A DNA stretch of 42,746 bases from Phycisphaerales bacterium (GTDB lineage Bacteria; Planctomycetota; Phycisphaerae; Phycisphaerales; SM1A02), in contig JBIKVN010000001.1 of assembly GCA_044356865.1 (NCBI GenBank), forward strand, positions 1 through 42,746, read 5' to 3'. Within the stretch, counting starts at the first letter, position 1. Every line of letters starts with the position of its first letter. The position numbers were made by a program, and so were the translations under genes. The notes beneath the pieces were generated by a model. It ran no database searches, was not told the DNA's origin, and was given only the letters and a program-made list of their open reading frames with translations. Below are positions 11,660 through 19,291 of this stretch, piece by piece.

Positions 11660-12544
11660 TCACGGTCCGTACGGATCGTTCGATTTCCCGGTGGCGAACA
11701 TGCCGGCCTTCCACGCGGCAAGAAGAAGGCCGCCGGCCGAGATGGCCAGGGGCGGACCCGCCCGCAGGGCGAATCGCACCAGGTCCGGAAGCAAGCGAGC
11801 CAACGCGAGATCGGCAAGCATCCCGGCCAGCGGCGACAGCGCGACGATCGCCCAGATCCAGGTGGGGAAGCTGTCGTAGTCGTACCCGCGACCTTGGGCG
11901 GCCAGCGTCGTCAGCGTCACGGAAAGGACGGCGACACCCCCTGCCCCGAGCGTGATGCGAAGCGGAATGGCAAGCAGGCCGAGCATGCCGCACGCGAACG
12001 CGACCGAACCGGCGGTGACCGCGAGCTTGGCGCTTCCCGAGACCAGGAGCAGTCCGGCGAGGGCGGCCGTCGGGAAGGCGAACGAGAGAAAGATGCCCGG
12101 GCCGCGAACCTTCCCGGTCGAGAGGATCATGGAGAGCATGCCGGCGGCGACGGCTGTCCGCGCGACGATCCAGGTCGTCGATTCGCCCGGTATCGCCAGC
12201 AATCCAAGCACGACCCCCCCCGCGATCGATCCGGCGAGGAGCGCCGCACCGAGCGGTCCGCGGCCGTTCTCGGGTATCGCGATCAGCCCCAGCAGTGCCC
12301 CGCCGCAACCCATGGCGACGATGCAGGCGATCGCCGTGATCCACCTCGTCGCCGGAGGCCAGGTCGTGAGGATGGAGATCCCCTCCTGCACCACCCCCGC
12401 CCGCACGGCCACCGCGGCGAGCGCCAACGGCACCAGTACGGGCGTGATCCGGCCCAGGAACGGGATGAAGCGGCTCAGGGCGCAGGCGACAGCGGCGATG
12501 AGCGACGGGATCAGGACCGCATGCAAGGCCAGGTGTTGTTCCAC
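11660..12544 (-). CDS. hypothetical polytopic membrane protein (294 aa)
   Basis: Continuous hydrophobic Gly/Ala/Leu-rich segments suggest about 8-9 TMs. Third codon positions are strongly G/C-rich. Its stop is 23 nt upstream of the next gene's start on the same strand. I recognise no family. Confidence 0.6.
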   Translation of the reverse strand: MEQHLALHAVLIPSLIAAVACALSRFIPFLGRITPVLVPLALAAVAVRAGVVQEGISILTTWPPATRWITAIACIVAMGCGGALLGLIAIPENGRGPLGAALLAGSIAGGVVLGLLAIPGESTTWIVARTAVAAGMLSMILSTGKVRGPGIFLSFAFPTAALAGLLLVSGSAKLAVTAGSVAFACGMLGLLAIPLRITLGAGGVAVLSVTLTTLAAQGRGYDYDSFPTWIWAIVALSPLAGMLADLALARLLPDLVRFALRAGPPLAISAGGLLLAAWKAGMFATGKSNDPYGP

Positions 12545-12654
12545 GGCGAACCTCGGCTTGGACCCGGAGTGACCAAGAAACTACGCGAAAAGCACGCGAG
12601 GCGACGGACGGCCGTCGCCTCGCGGAAGTGGGTGAATCGCGATGTCGATCGGCG

Positions 12655-13281
12655 TCACGAGGCCTTGCCGGCCTCGAGTGCGACGATGACCCGCACTTCG
12701 TCGCCGAGCGATCCCTTCTCGACACCGTAGGTCATGCCCCACTGGCTGCGCTTGATCGAGAAGGTCGCCTCGAAGCCGGCCTTCGGCCCCCTGCCCATGT
12801 CGGCTGAGCCGGTCATGGTCACGACGGCGCAGGCCTCGTGGGTCTGGCCGTGCATCGTGAGCTGTCCGCAGACTTCCCAGGTGCCTGGCGCGGTCTGGAC
12901 GCCCTTCGTGCTCTTGAAGGTCATCGCGGGGAACTCCTTCGCGTTGAAGAAGTCCGGGCTCTTGAGGTGCTTGTCGAGGCTTTCGTTGCCGCTGTGGACG
13001 CTCTCGATGGCGATCGAGACGTCGAACTCCGGGGCTTTCTCGCCGCCGTAATAGGTGATCGAGCCCTGCACGTCGTCGAACTTGCCCCAGAAGGCGCCGG
13101 CCCCGAGATGCATGACCCGGAAGAGGGCCTTGGAGTGGACGGGGTCGATCGACCACTTCCCGTCGTTCGGGGTCTCGGCCGCCGGGGCCTGGTTCGGGAG
13201 GGCGACGACGGTGGCGGCGGTGCCGCCGAGCAGAGTGGCGGATAGGACGATGGCGGTCAGGGAAAGGCGGGCGAAGTTCAT
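12655..13281 (-). CDS. YceI family periplasmic protein
   Basis: ATG at 13281 with signal peptide MNFARLSLTAIVLSATLLGG. YceI-like blocks: WSIDPVHSKALFRVMHLGAGAFWGKFDDVQGSI, ESVHSGNESLDKHLKSPDFFNAKEFPAMTFKST, LTMHGQT. Confidence 0.9.
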   Translation of the reverse strand: MNFARLSLTAIVLSATLLGGTAATVVALPNQAPAAETPNDGKWSIDPVHSKALFRVMHLGAGAFWGKFDDVQGSITYYGGEKAPEFDVSIAIESVHSGNESLDKHLKSPDFFNAKEFPAMTFKSTKGVQTAPGTWEVCGQLTMHGQTHEACAVVTMTGSADMGRGPKAGFEATFSIKRSQWGMTYGVEKGSLGDEVRVIVALEAGKAS

Positions 13282-13449
13282 CTCGGACGGTCCTCGGAAT
13301 GGGAAGTGAACGGAAACTCCAGCCGGTGGGACGGCCACCGCTGGAATGGAAGGGTCGGCGTTTTAGCGTAATGACCGAGTTCGGATGCGAACGCAGTGTG
13401 GGGTACCCGGAGAACCCGCAAAGGTCGAAGTGCAGGTGTCTCTCCGTGC

Positions 13450-13524
13450 GGTCCCGTTTGGTCCCGTACCTGTCCAAGTGAGGTCTCCCCAACTGGTCTC
13501 AGACTGGTCTCAAACTGGGCCCAA
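13450..13524. repeat. cluster of phased short direct repeats (GGTCCCGT x2; ACTGGTCTCA[G/A] x2 plus a degenerate third unit)
   Basis: GGTCCCGT at 13450-13457 and 13460-13467 (10-bp phase). GGTCTC at 13482, 13495 and 13506. Three tandem 11-bp units ACTGGTCTCAG / ACTGGTCTCAA / ACTGGGCCCAA at 13492-13524. The cluster is bracketed by the imperfect inverted repeat CAAGTGAGG (13475-13483) / CCTCACCTG (13543-13551). Confidence 0.7.
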
Positions 13525-13943
13525 GCCGCCGGACAGTTTCCCCTCACCTGAAACAAGATGATTCTGTCGCGAAAGAAGAGACATCTGCCGTGTTTGTGGG
13601 TCTAACGGAGTCGAACAAGTCCATCTCAACGCAGATCACGAAGGCGTTATCTGGGTCATCAGGCGCTAAAAGCTTCGATCTTGAAGCGATCTTTGAAGGA
13701 TCTGGCACCAACAAAGGAGAGAGAGCGGTCGGCTGTGATTAGTTATAAGACTCACAAATCAGCGGACACGGCTCTGCCAGACCCTGACGGCGATCAGAAG
13801 CGGCACTGAGTCGAAGAGACTCGATCGGTTTCTTCGCGCTCCCAGCACCGCTGGTGGCTACGGAGTTTCGCAGCAGCCCTCAAGCATCGCGGCCAAGCCA
13901 GACGCCCCGGCAGGCCAGAGTCGGTCCGTAGCATGGGCTCCTC

Positions 13944-16900
13944 ATGCGTCGCGCGAGCTCGAACCCTCCGTTTCCTTGGGCCCGGACGGCGATGGCCGTA
14001 GGGCTCGTCGCATCGAATGCCGTCGCGTGGCGACCTCCCCCGGGAGCCTCGGCCATCGATCCGGCCAGCCGGCCGACCTACGACCAGCCCCCGAAGATCC
14101 GGCCGGCGGCGGGGCTCCGGGCGTCCTTGTTCGCGATGGAGCCGCTGGTGGCCGATCCGGTCGCTTTTTGCATCGACGAGAAGGGCCGGTTCCTCATCGC
14201 AGAGAGCGCTCGCCAGGAGCTGGGCGTCGAGGACAACCGTTCGTCCCGTTGGTGGCTCGAGGACGACCTCCAGTCCCGGACGGTCGAGGATCGGCTCCGC
14301 ATGTACGAGAAGTGGGCGGCGAAGCGGGAAGGCGGCATGGCGTACTACCGCGCGCACGATGACCGGGTGCGTCTCATCGAGGACACCGACGGCGACGGTC
14401 GCGCCGATCGCGGCATGATCTTCGCCGGGCCGTTCAATGAGCCGTTGGACGGCACCGGTGCGGGGGTCATCGCGAAGGATGGTGACATCTGGTACACGAA
14501 CATCCCCCACCTCTGGCGGCTGCGCGATCGCGACGGGGACGGCATCGCCGAGGAGCGCGTGGCAGTTCACGGCGGCTTCGGGGTTCGCGTCGCGCTGCGC
14601 GGTCACGACATGCATGGGCTCGCGTGGGGGCCGGACGGCCGGCTTTACTGGTCGATCGGCGATCGTGGCTACCACGTGACGCTTCCCGACGGTCGCGTGC
14701 TGTCGGATCCGCAGGGCGGCGCCGTGTTCCGCTGCGAGGCCGACGGCAGCGGGCTCGAGGTGTTTCACCACAGCCTGCGCAATCCGCAAGAGTTGGCTTT
14801 CGACGATCTCGGCAACCTGATCACCGGCGACAACAACTCCGACGGCGGTGACAAGGCCCGCATCGTCTATGTCGTCGAGGGCGGCCATACCGGCTGGAGC
14901 ATGAACTACCAGACGCTGGAGGGCGCGAACCTTCGCGGCCCGTGGAACCAGGAGGAGATGTGGGCGCTTCGGCCCGAGCTCGCGCCGGATAAGGTGACCC
15001 GGGCTTCCCCGGTGCAGCCGGCCTGGTCGATTCCGCCGCTTGATCATGTCGGCAGCGGGCCGTCGGGGCTCGCGCACTATCCCGGCCTTGGATTGCCCGA
15101 TCGGTACCGGGGCGCGTTCTTCCTGTGCGACTTCCTCGGCGGCGATGCCTACAGCCGCGTGCTGGCCTTTCGTCTCGAGCCGGCGGGCGCGGGCTATCGC
15201 GTCGTGGATGTGCACCCTTTCGTCGAGAACGTGCTGCCGACCGATGTGGAGTTCGGATACGACGGTCGCTTCTACGTGAGCAACTGGGCCGGCGGTTGGT
15301 ACAGCAGCGATCGCGGCGAGATCTACGCGGTGTGGGATCCCGAGCGGGCGGGCGATCCCCGCATCGCCGAGGTCGGTCGGCTGTTCCGCGAGGGTTTCCG
15401 AGGCCGCGATCCGGACGAGCTCGCGATGCTTCTGTCGCATCCCGACCAGAGGGTGCGGCTGCGCTCGCAGTTCGCGCTGGCCGATTGCGGCCGGGCCGCC
15501 GCGCCGCTGTTTCTTGATGTCGCGCTGCGCGGTGCGGATCGCCTGGGCCGACTGCATGCACTATGGGGCCTCGGGATGCTTGCCCGTCTCGAGCGTGACG
15601 GATCCATCGCGGCGCCGACGGCTCCCCTGCTCGACGACTCCGATGCCGAGATTCGCGCTCAGGCCGCGAAGATCCTGGGCGAGTCGGGAGTGCTGGCCGC
15701 GGTCCCTGCGATCGAGCGGCAACTCACCGACGAGTCGCTGCGGGCCCGGTACTTCGCCGCGATGGCGCTCGGGAAACTCTCGGCGCTGGAGTCGGCTCCG
15801 GCGATCGTCGCCATGTTGGCCGAGAACGACGGTGCGGACGTTTTCCTCCGTCACGCCGGCGTCCACGCCCTGGCCGCGATCGGTGATCGTGCGGTCGCCG
15901 CGGGACTCTCCCGCGAGCCGCAGGTTGAGCTTCGACTGGTGGCGGCGCTGCTCTATCGCGCTTGGCGGGATCCGTCGCTCGGTCGGATGCTCGGCGATCC
16001 GGAGGCGGCGATCGTCGCCGAGGCGGCGCGGGCGATTCATGACCTTCGCATCGAGGAGGCGATGCCGGCGCTCCGTCGCCTCGCCCCGTCGTACGGCGCG
16101 GCGGCCACGGAGGGTCCCGCGCCGGTCGGCGATCGGTTCCGTCGCGAGCGTTGGACCGAGGTCACCGGCAGCGGCGACGCGGACCTCTCCGATCCGGCCA
16201 CCTTCCACGGCGGAGTCGCGATCGTCGAGGAAGTTGCGGAGTTCAGCGGGGCGCCTCGGGCCGGCGATCGCTATCTGCAGCGGGTGTCCGGTCTCGTGAC
16301 CGCTCCCGCGGACGGCGAGTATCGGTTTCTCATCGCGAGCGATGACCATTCGTCGCTGCTGGTCTCGGACGGCGACGATCCGGCGCGGGCACAACCGATC
16401 GCGTCGGTGCAGGGCTACTCGGGCCGCGGTGATTTCAACGGCCAGCCGAACCAGGTCTCGCGACCGATTCGCCTCGAGAAGGGCCAGCGCTACTGGATCG
16501 AGGCTCGTCACGCGGAAGGCGGCGGAGATGATCACCTCACGGTCGGTTGGGTTCGACCCGACGGTTCGATGGAAGCGCCGATCGGGGCAGGCATCGCCCG
16601 GCCGCACGACGCGCCGATCCTGCGTCGGGTGATCAACGCCCTGTTCCGCAGCGGTACGCCCGACGATGCGTTGGCGGTGGCGAGCATCGCGGCGAGTCCC
16701 GCGAACCCCGGCGCGATGCGACTTGAGGCGATGGCGACCCTCGCCGAGTGGCGTCGGCCTGCGCCGCGCGATCGCGTGCACGGCGGATGGGATCCGGTCG
16801 ATGCGGCCGCACGCGACCCAGATGGTTTCAGTCAGGCGATGACGCGGGCGTTGCCGGGCCTGATCCGAGTGGATCACGACGGCGTTCGTTCCGCGGCTCG

Positions 16901-17684
16901 CGACCTTGCGGCGGCGCTTGGCGTGGGTCTCGATCCCGAGATGTTGCTGAGAACCATCGCCGATGAGTCCTCGCGGCCGGCGGATCGGCGGGCGGCGCTG
17001 AGCGCGGCTCTTCGCGAGTCGGAGGCGGTGCGCGAGCAGGCTTTGCTGATCGCGGCGCGAAGCGATCTTGCCGAGCTTCGCGTCGAGGCCAGCATCGCCC
17101 ATCTCCCGTCACGGCCGGACGAACAGGACACGCTTCGCGCGATGCTCCTTCGCGGATCGGATGCGGAGCGCCGCGCCGTGGCTTCGGCTCTGCCACGCAT
17201 CGAGGCGGAGGTCGGCGATGCGCTGATCGCCGAGGCGTTCGATGCGATGGTTCGGGGTGAGGTTCCGCGATCGATCCATCTTGAGGTGATCGATGCCGCA
17301 TCGAGTCGTCCGTCCGAGTCATCTCCCCTTCCGCGGCGAGCGTCGGATCATCTGGCGGCGCTTGACTCGGCAGGTGGGTTCGGCCGGCACGTGATCGCGC
17401 TTGAGGGCGGTGATGCGGGGATCGGCGATCGCGTCGTGCATCAGCACGCCAGTGCGGTCTGCCTGAAGTGCCACGCGATCGACGGCTTTGGCGGGAACGC
17501 GGCGCCCGAACTTCGTGGGGTTGCGAGCCGTCTGGACCGCGAGCAGATCCTGGAGGCACTCGTCTATCCGAACGCCCGTGTGGCCGAGGGATTCGGACCA
17601 GCATCGGCGATGCCGGGTATGGCCAGCGTCCTGAGTCCTCGCGAGTTGAGGGATGTTGTGGAGTACCTGATGACGCTCCGGTGA
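13944..17684 (+). CDS. PVC-type heme-binding CxxCH protein: membrane-bound-dehydrogenase-like N-terminal domain, HEAT repeats, internal PA14-like module, C-terminal cytochrome c domain (1246 aa)
   Basis: N-terminal region LFAMEPLVADPVAFCIDEKGRFLIAES...YTNIPHLWRLRDRDGDG resembles the Pirellula/Verrucomicrobium putative dehydrogenase domain. HEAT-like repeats follow (DAEIRAQAAKILGESG, LRARYFAAMALGKL). PA14-like block YRFLIASDDHSSLLVSDG...HLTVGWVRPDG. Heme motif CLKCH (TGC at 17460) with downstream AMPGM. Confidence 0.85.
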   Translation: MRRASSNPPFPWARTAMAVGLVASNAVAWRPPPGASAIDPASRPTYDQPPKIRPAAGLRASLFAMEPLVADPVAFCIDEKGRFLIAESARQELGVEDNRSSRWWLEDDLQSRTVEDRLRMYEKWAAKREGGMAYYRAHDDRVRLIEDTDGDGRADRGMIFAGPFNEPLDGTGAGVIAKDGDIWYTNIPHLWRLRDRDGDGIAEERVAVHGGFGVRVALRGHDMHGLAWGPDGRLYWSIGDRGYHVTLPDGRVLSDPQGGAVFRCEADGSGLEVFHHSLRNPQELAFDDLGNLITGDNNSDGGDKARIVYVVEGGHTGWSMNYQTLEGANLRGPWNQEEMWALRPELAPDKVTRASPVQPAWSIPPLDHVGSGPSGLAHYPGLGLPDRYRGAFFLCDFLGGDAYSRVLAFRLEPAGAGYRVVDVHPFVENVLPTDVEFGYDGRFYVSNWAGGWYSSDRGEIYAVWDPERAGDPRIAEVGRLFREGFRGRDPDELAMLLSHPDQRVRLRSQFALADCGRAAAPLFLDVALRGADRLGRLHALWGLGMLARLERDGSIAAPTAPLLDDSDAEIRAQAAKILGESGVLAAVPAIERQLTDESLRARYFAAMALGKLSALESAPAIVAMLAENDGADVFLRHAGVHALAAIGDRAVAAGLSREPQVELRLVAALLYRAWRDPSLGRMLGDPEAAIVAEAARAIHDLRIEEAMPALRRLAPSYGAAATEGPAPVGDRFRRERWTEVTGSGDADLSDPATFHGGVAIVEEVAEFSGAPRAGDRYLQRVSGLVTAPADGEYRFLIASDDHSSLLVSDGDDPARAQPIASVQGYSGRGDFNGQPNQVSRPIRLEKGQRYWIEARHAEGGGDDHLTVGWVRPDGSMEAPIGAGIARPHDAPILRRVINALFRSGTPDDALAVASIAASPANPGAMRLEAMATLAEWRRPAPRDRVHGGWDPVDAAARDPDGFSQAMTRALPGLIRVDHDGVRSAARDLAAALGVGLDPEMLLRTIADESSRPADRRAALSAALRESEAVREQALLIAARSDLAELRVEASIAHLPSRPDEQDTLRAMLLRGSDAERRAVASALPRIEAEVGDALIAEAFDAMVRGEVPRSIHLEVIDAASSRPSESSPLPRRASDHLAALDSAGGFGRHVIALEGGDAGIGDRVVHQHASAVCLKCHAIDGFGGNAAPELRGVASRLDREQILEALVYPNARVAEGFGPASAMPGMASVLSPRELRDVVEYLMTLR

Positions 17685-17746
17685 ATGTAGTCCTATAACA
17701 AAGTCCGGTAATATCAACCATCCTTAGTTGCTATGATTGAACCTCT

Positions 17747-17762
17747 TGTTCCACGTGGAACT
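17747..17762. promoter_or_regulatory. parS: parS centromere-like site 1 (TGTTCCACGTGGAACT)
   Basis: Perfect 14-bp palindrome GTTCCACGTGGAAC matching the consensus parS tGTTNCACGTGNAACa. It lies 25 nt upstream of the SD-supported parB ATG. Confidence 0.85.
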
Positions 17763-17786
17763 TCGATCTCGGACCAAGGAGGAAAC

Positions 17787-18854
17787 ATGAATGCAGGTAA
17801 GGAAGAAGGTAGTTCGGCATCGAATCCCAGCCCTCGCAAGCTAGGGAGGGGGCTGGGCGCCCTTCTGAGCGTGCCAGTTCGGATCCCTACTCCTCCGCCG
17901 GTCGAACCTTCCACTTCATCACCTGGCAACCCGGTTGGGGCGGGGTCCATCTCTGAGCCCTCGGGTGGATTCCAGGCTGCGAAGTTTCCGATCCCAATCG
18001 AGTCATCAAGTGTTCCACGTGGAACCCCCGTTGGACAGGAGTTCCTCTCCCTCCCCATCGCAGAAGTCACCCCAAATCAGCGACAACCTCGTCGCGACTT
18101 TGACGAGACTTCGATCAAGTCCCTCGCAGAGAGCATTCGCACGGCTGGGCTGATGCAGCCCATCGTGGTTCGCCACGGGTCGAAGGGGGTCTCCACCAGA
18201 TTTGAGTTGATCGCAGGCGAGCGTCGCTGGCGCGCCGCCAAACTTCTTGGCTTGACCGAGATCCCCGCCGTCATTCGTCAAGTAGGGGACCAGACCGCTG
18301 CTGAATGGGCACTGATCGAGAACATTCAGCGGGAGGATCTCAATCCGATCGAACGATCCGAGGCGATTGGACGGTTGGTTGAGGAGTTCTCGCTCACCCA
18401 CCAGAGCTTGGCCGAGCGGCTTGGCCTCGATCGTGTGACGATCACGAACCTTCTTCGCCTGGCAGACCTTGATCCCTTCACCAAGGAAGCGGTTCGCAAA
18501 GGGGTTCTATCGCAGGGGCATGCCAAGGTTCTTCTGGGGGTGTCACAGCCCGAACGAAGGAAGGCCCTCGCGTCGGCGGCAATCAGCAGCGGGTTGTCGG
18601 TGCGAGAACTGGAGCGGCGGGTGCGGGAGTTTGATTCCCCGAAGTCGGCCCCACAAACCGGCCAGGCAGCAATCCTGACGACCAAGCCACATATTGCAGA
18701 TCTGGAACGTCGGCTGTCCGAGCATCTGGGCACGAAGGTCACCATTCGCGAAAATCCCAAAAATAAGGGATCTGGACATGTTATTATTGACTATTACTCA
18801 ATCGCCCAGTTCGATGGGCTGATGGCCAAGGTCGGCTTCCAATCAGAGTTGTAA
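17787..18854 (+). CDS. parB: chromosome partitioning protein ParB/Spo0J
   Basis: ATG 17787 is preceded by AAGGAGG (17776-17782); the ORF also opens at ATG 17733. N-terminal ParA-interaction peptide KLGRGLGALL. ParB/Srx box FELIAGERRWRAAKLLG. HTH SLTHQSLAERLGLDRVTITNLLRL. C-terminal dimerisation tail. Stop codon is TAA. Confidence 0.93.
   Translation: MNAGKEEGSSASNPSPRKLGRGLGALLSVPVRIPTPPPVEPSTSSPGNPVGAGSISEPSGGFQAAKFPIPIESSSVPRGTPVGQEFLSLPIAEVTPNQRQPRRDFDETSIKSLAESIRTAGLMQPIVVRHGSKGVSTRFELIAGERRWRAAKLLGLTEIPAVIRQVGDQTAAEWALIENIQREDLNPIERSEAIGRLVEEFSLTHQSLAERLGLDRVTITNLLRLADLDPFTKEAVRKGVLSQGHAKVLLGVSQPERRKALASAAISSGLSVRELERRVREFDSPKSAPQTGQAAILTTKPHIADLERRLSEHLGTKVTIRENPKNKGSGHVIIDYYSIAQFDGLMAKVGFQSEL
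18011..18026. promoter_or_regulatory. parS: parS centromere-like site 2 (TGTTCCACGTGGAACC), inside the parB coding region
   Basis: Identical 14-bp palindrome GTTCCACGTGGAAC, 264 bp downstream of site 1. It encodes SSVPRGTPV in the Pro/Ser-rich linker of ParB. Confidence 0.85.
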
Positions 18855-19291
18855 CAACTCTATCAGAGATTATTGGGTTCCTGATGGCTGCTGTTTGGAG
18901 AGAACGGCGTCGGGCCGATGAGAGACCGCCCTCAGGATTCATCTCCAGGGCGGAGGTCTGACCTGTGCAATCTGTTGAAGTGACATTCGCCGAGCAGCGA
19001 GTTCGATTGATCCAAGCGTCGTACCGCCGGGCCCTTGGTGCGTGGGCGGCGGACCTGCTCACCCTTCGCCGGGAGGGGAGCCTCCTGACCCAGTGGGTAG
19101 AGCCCCGATGCGATCGCGACTTTGATTCCGAGCGTCGGGTGGCCTGACACCATCACCTCAGCGCCGGCGGCCGCCCCAGATCCCGACTTTGGGACAAGGC
19201 AGGGGGTCTGACTGCCGATAGACACTCCGCTCCGTACATATCGACGAGCCGATCTGCCATTCGGTCCGTCCCTCTCCAGGGAATCCCTCTC

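Noticed and set aside
13282-13943. Possibility that the low-GC intergenic region is oriC, given that yidC, mnmE and parB/parS are nearby.
   Set aside because: I found only weak DnaA-box-like strings (TGTGGGGTA, TGTGGGTCT, TGTGATTAG, TTATCTGGG; about 5-7 of 9 matches to TTATCCACA/TGTGGATAA). No dnaA or dnaN is adjacent and there is no clear AT-rich 13-mer array. This is not enough evidence to call an origin. It would need a genome-wide GC-skew analysis and a DnaA-box search.
13742-17699. An 11-nt inverted match (GTTATAAGACT at 13742-13752 versus AGTCCTATAAC at 17689-17699, 10/11) flanks the 3.7-kb heme-protein gene, suggesting terminal inverted repeats of an insertion.
   Set aside because: The flanks do not extend the match. 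A rough estimate for two short AT-richer segments gives about an even chance of such a 10/11 hit. There is no transposase or target-site duplication.
17699-17712. ACAAAGTCCGGTAA resembles the RNase P RNA GGAAAGUCCGG core.
   Set aside because: The intergenic space is only about 100 nt and lacks every other conserved RNase P element. I treat it as a coincidental 9-mer.
18923-18959. An imperfect stem-loop after parB (AGACCGCCCT ... AGGGCGGAGGTCT) as a terminator.
   Set aside because: It has a bulged stem, a 14-nt loop and no following T-tract, and it lies 70 nt after the stop. It may be structural but cannot be called a Rho-independent terminator.
18965-19147. A 60-aa ORF (GTG start) in the spacer between parB and the dehydrogenase gene.
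   Set aside because: It has no SD and no recognisable motif, and its third-position G/C (42/60 by hand) is intermediate. The evidence is insufficient. It may simply be an open frame in a GC-rich spacer.
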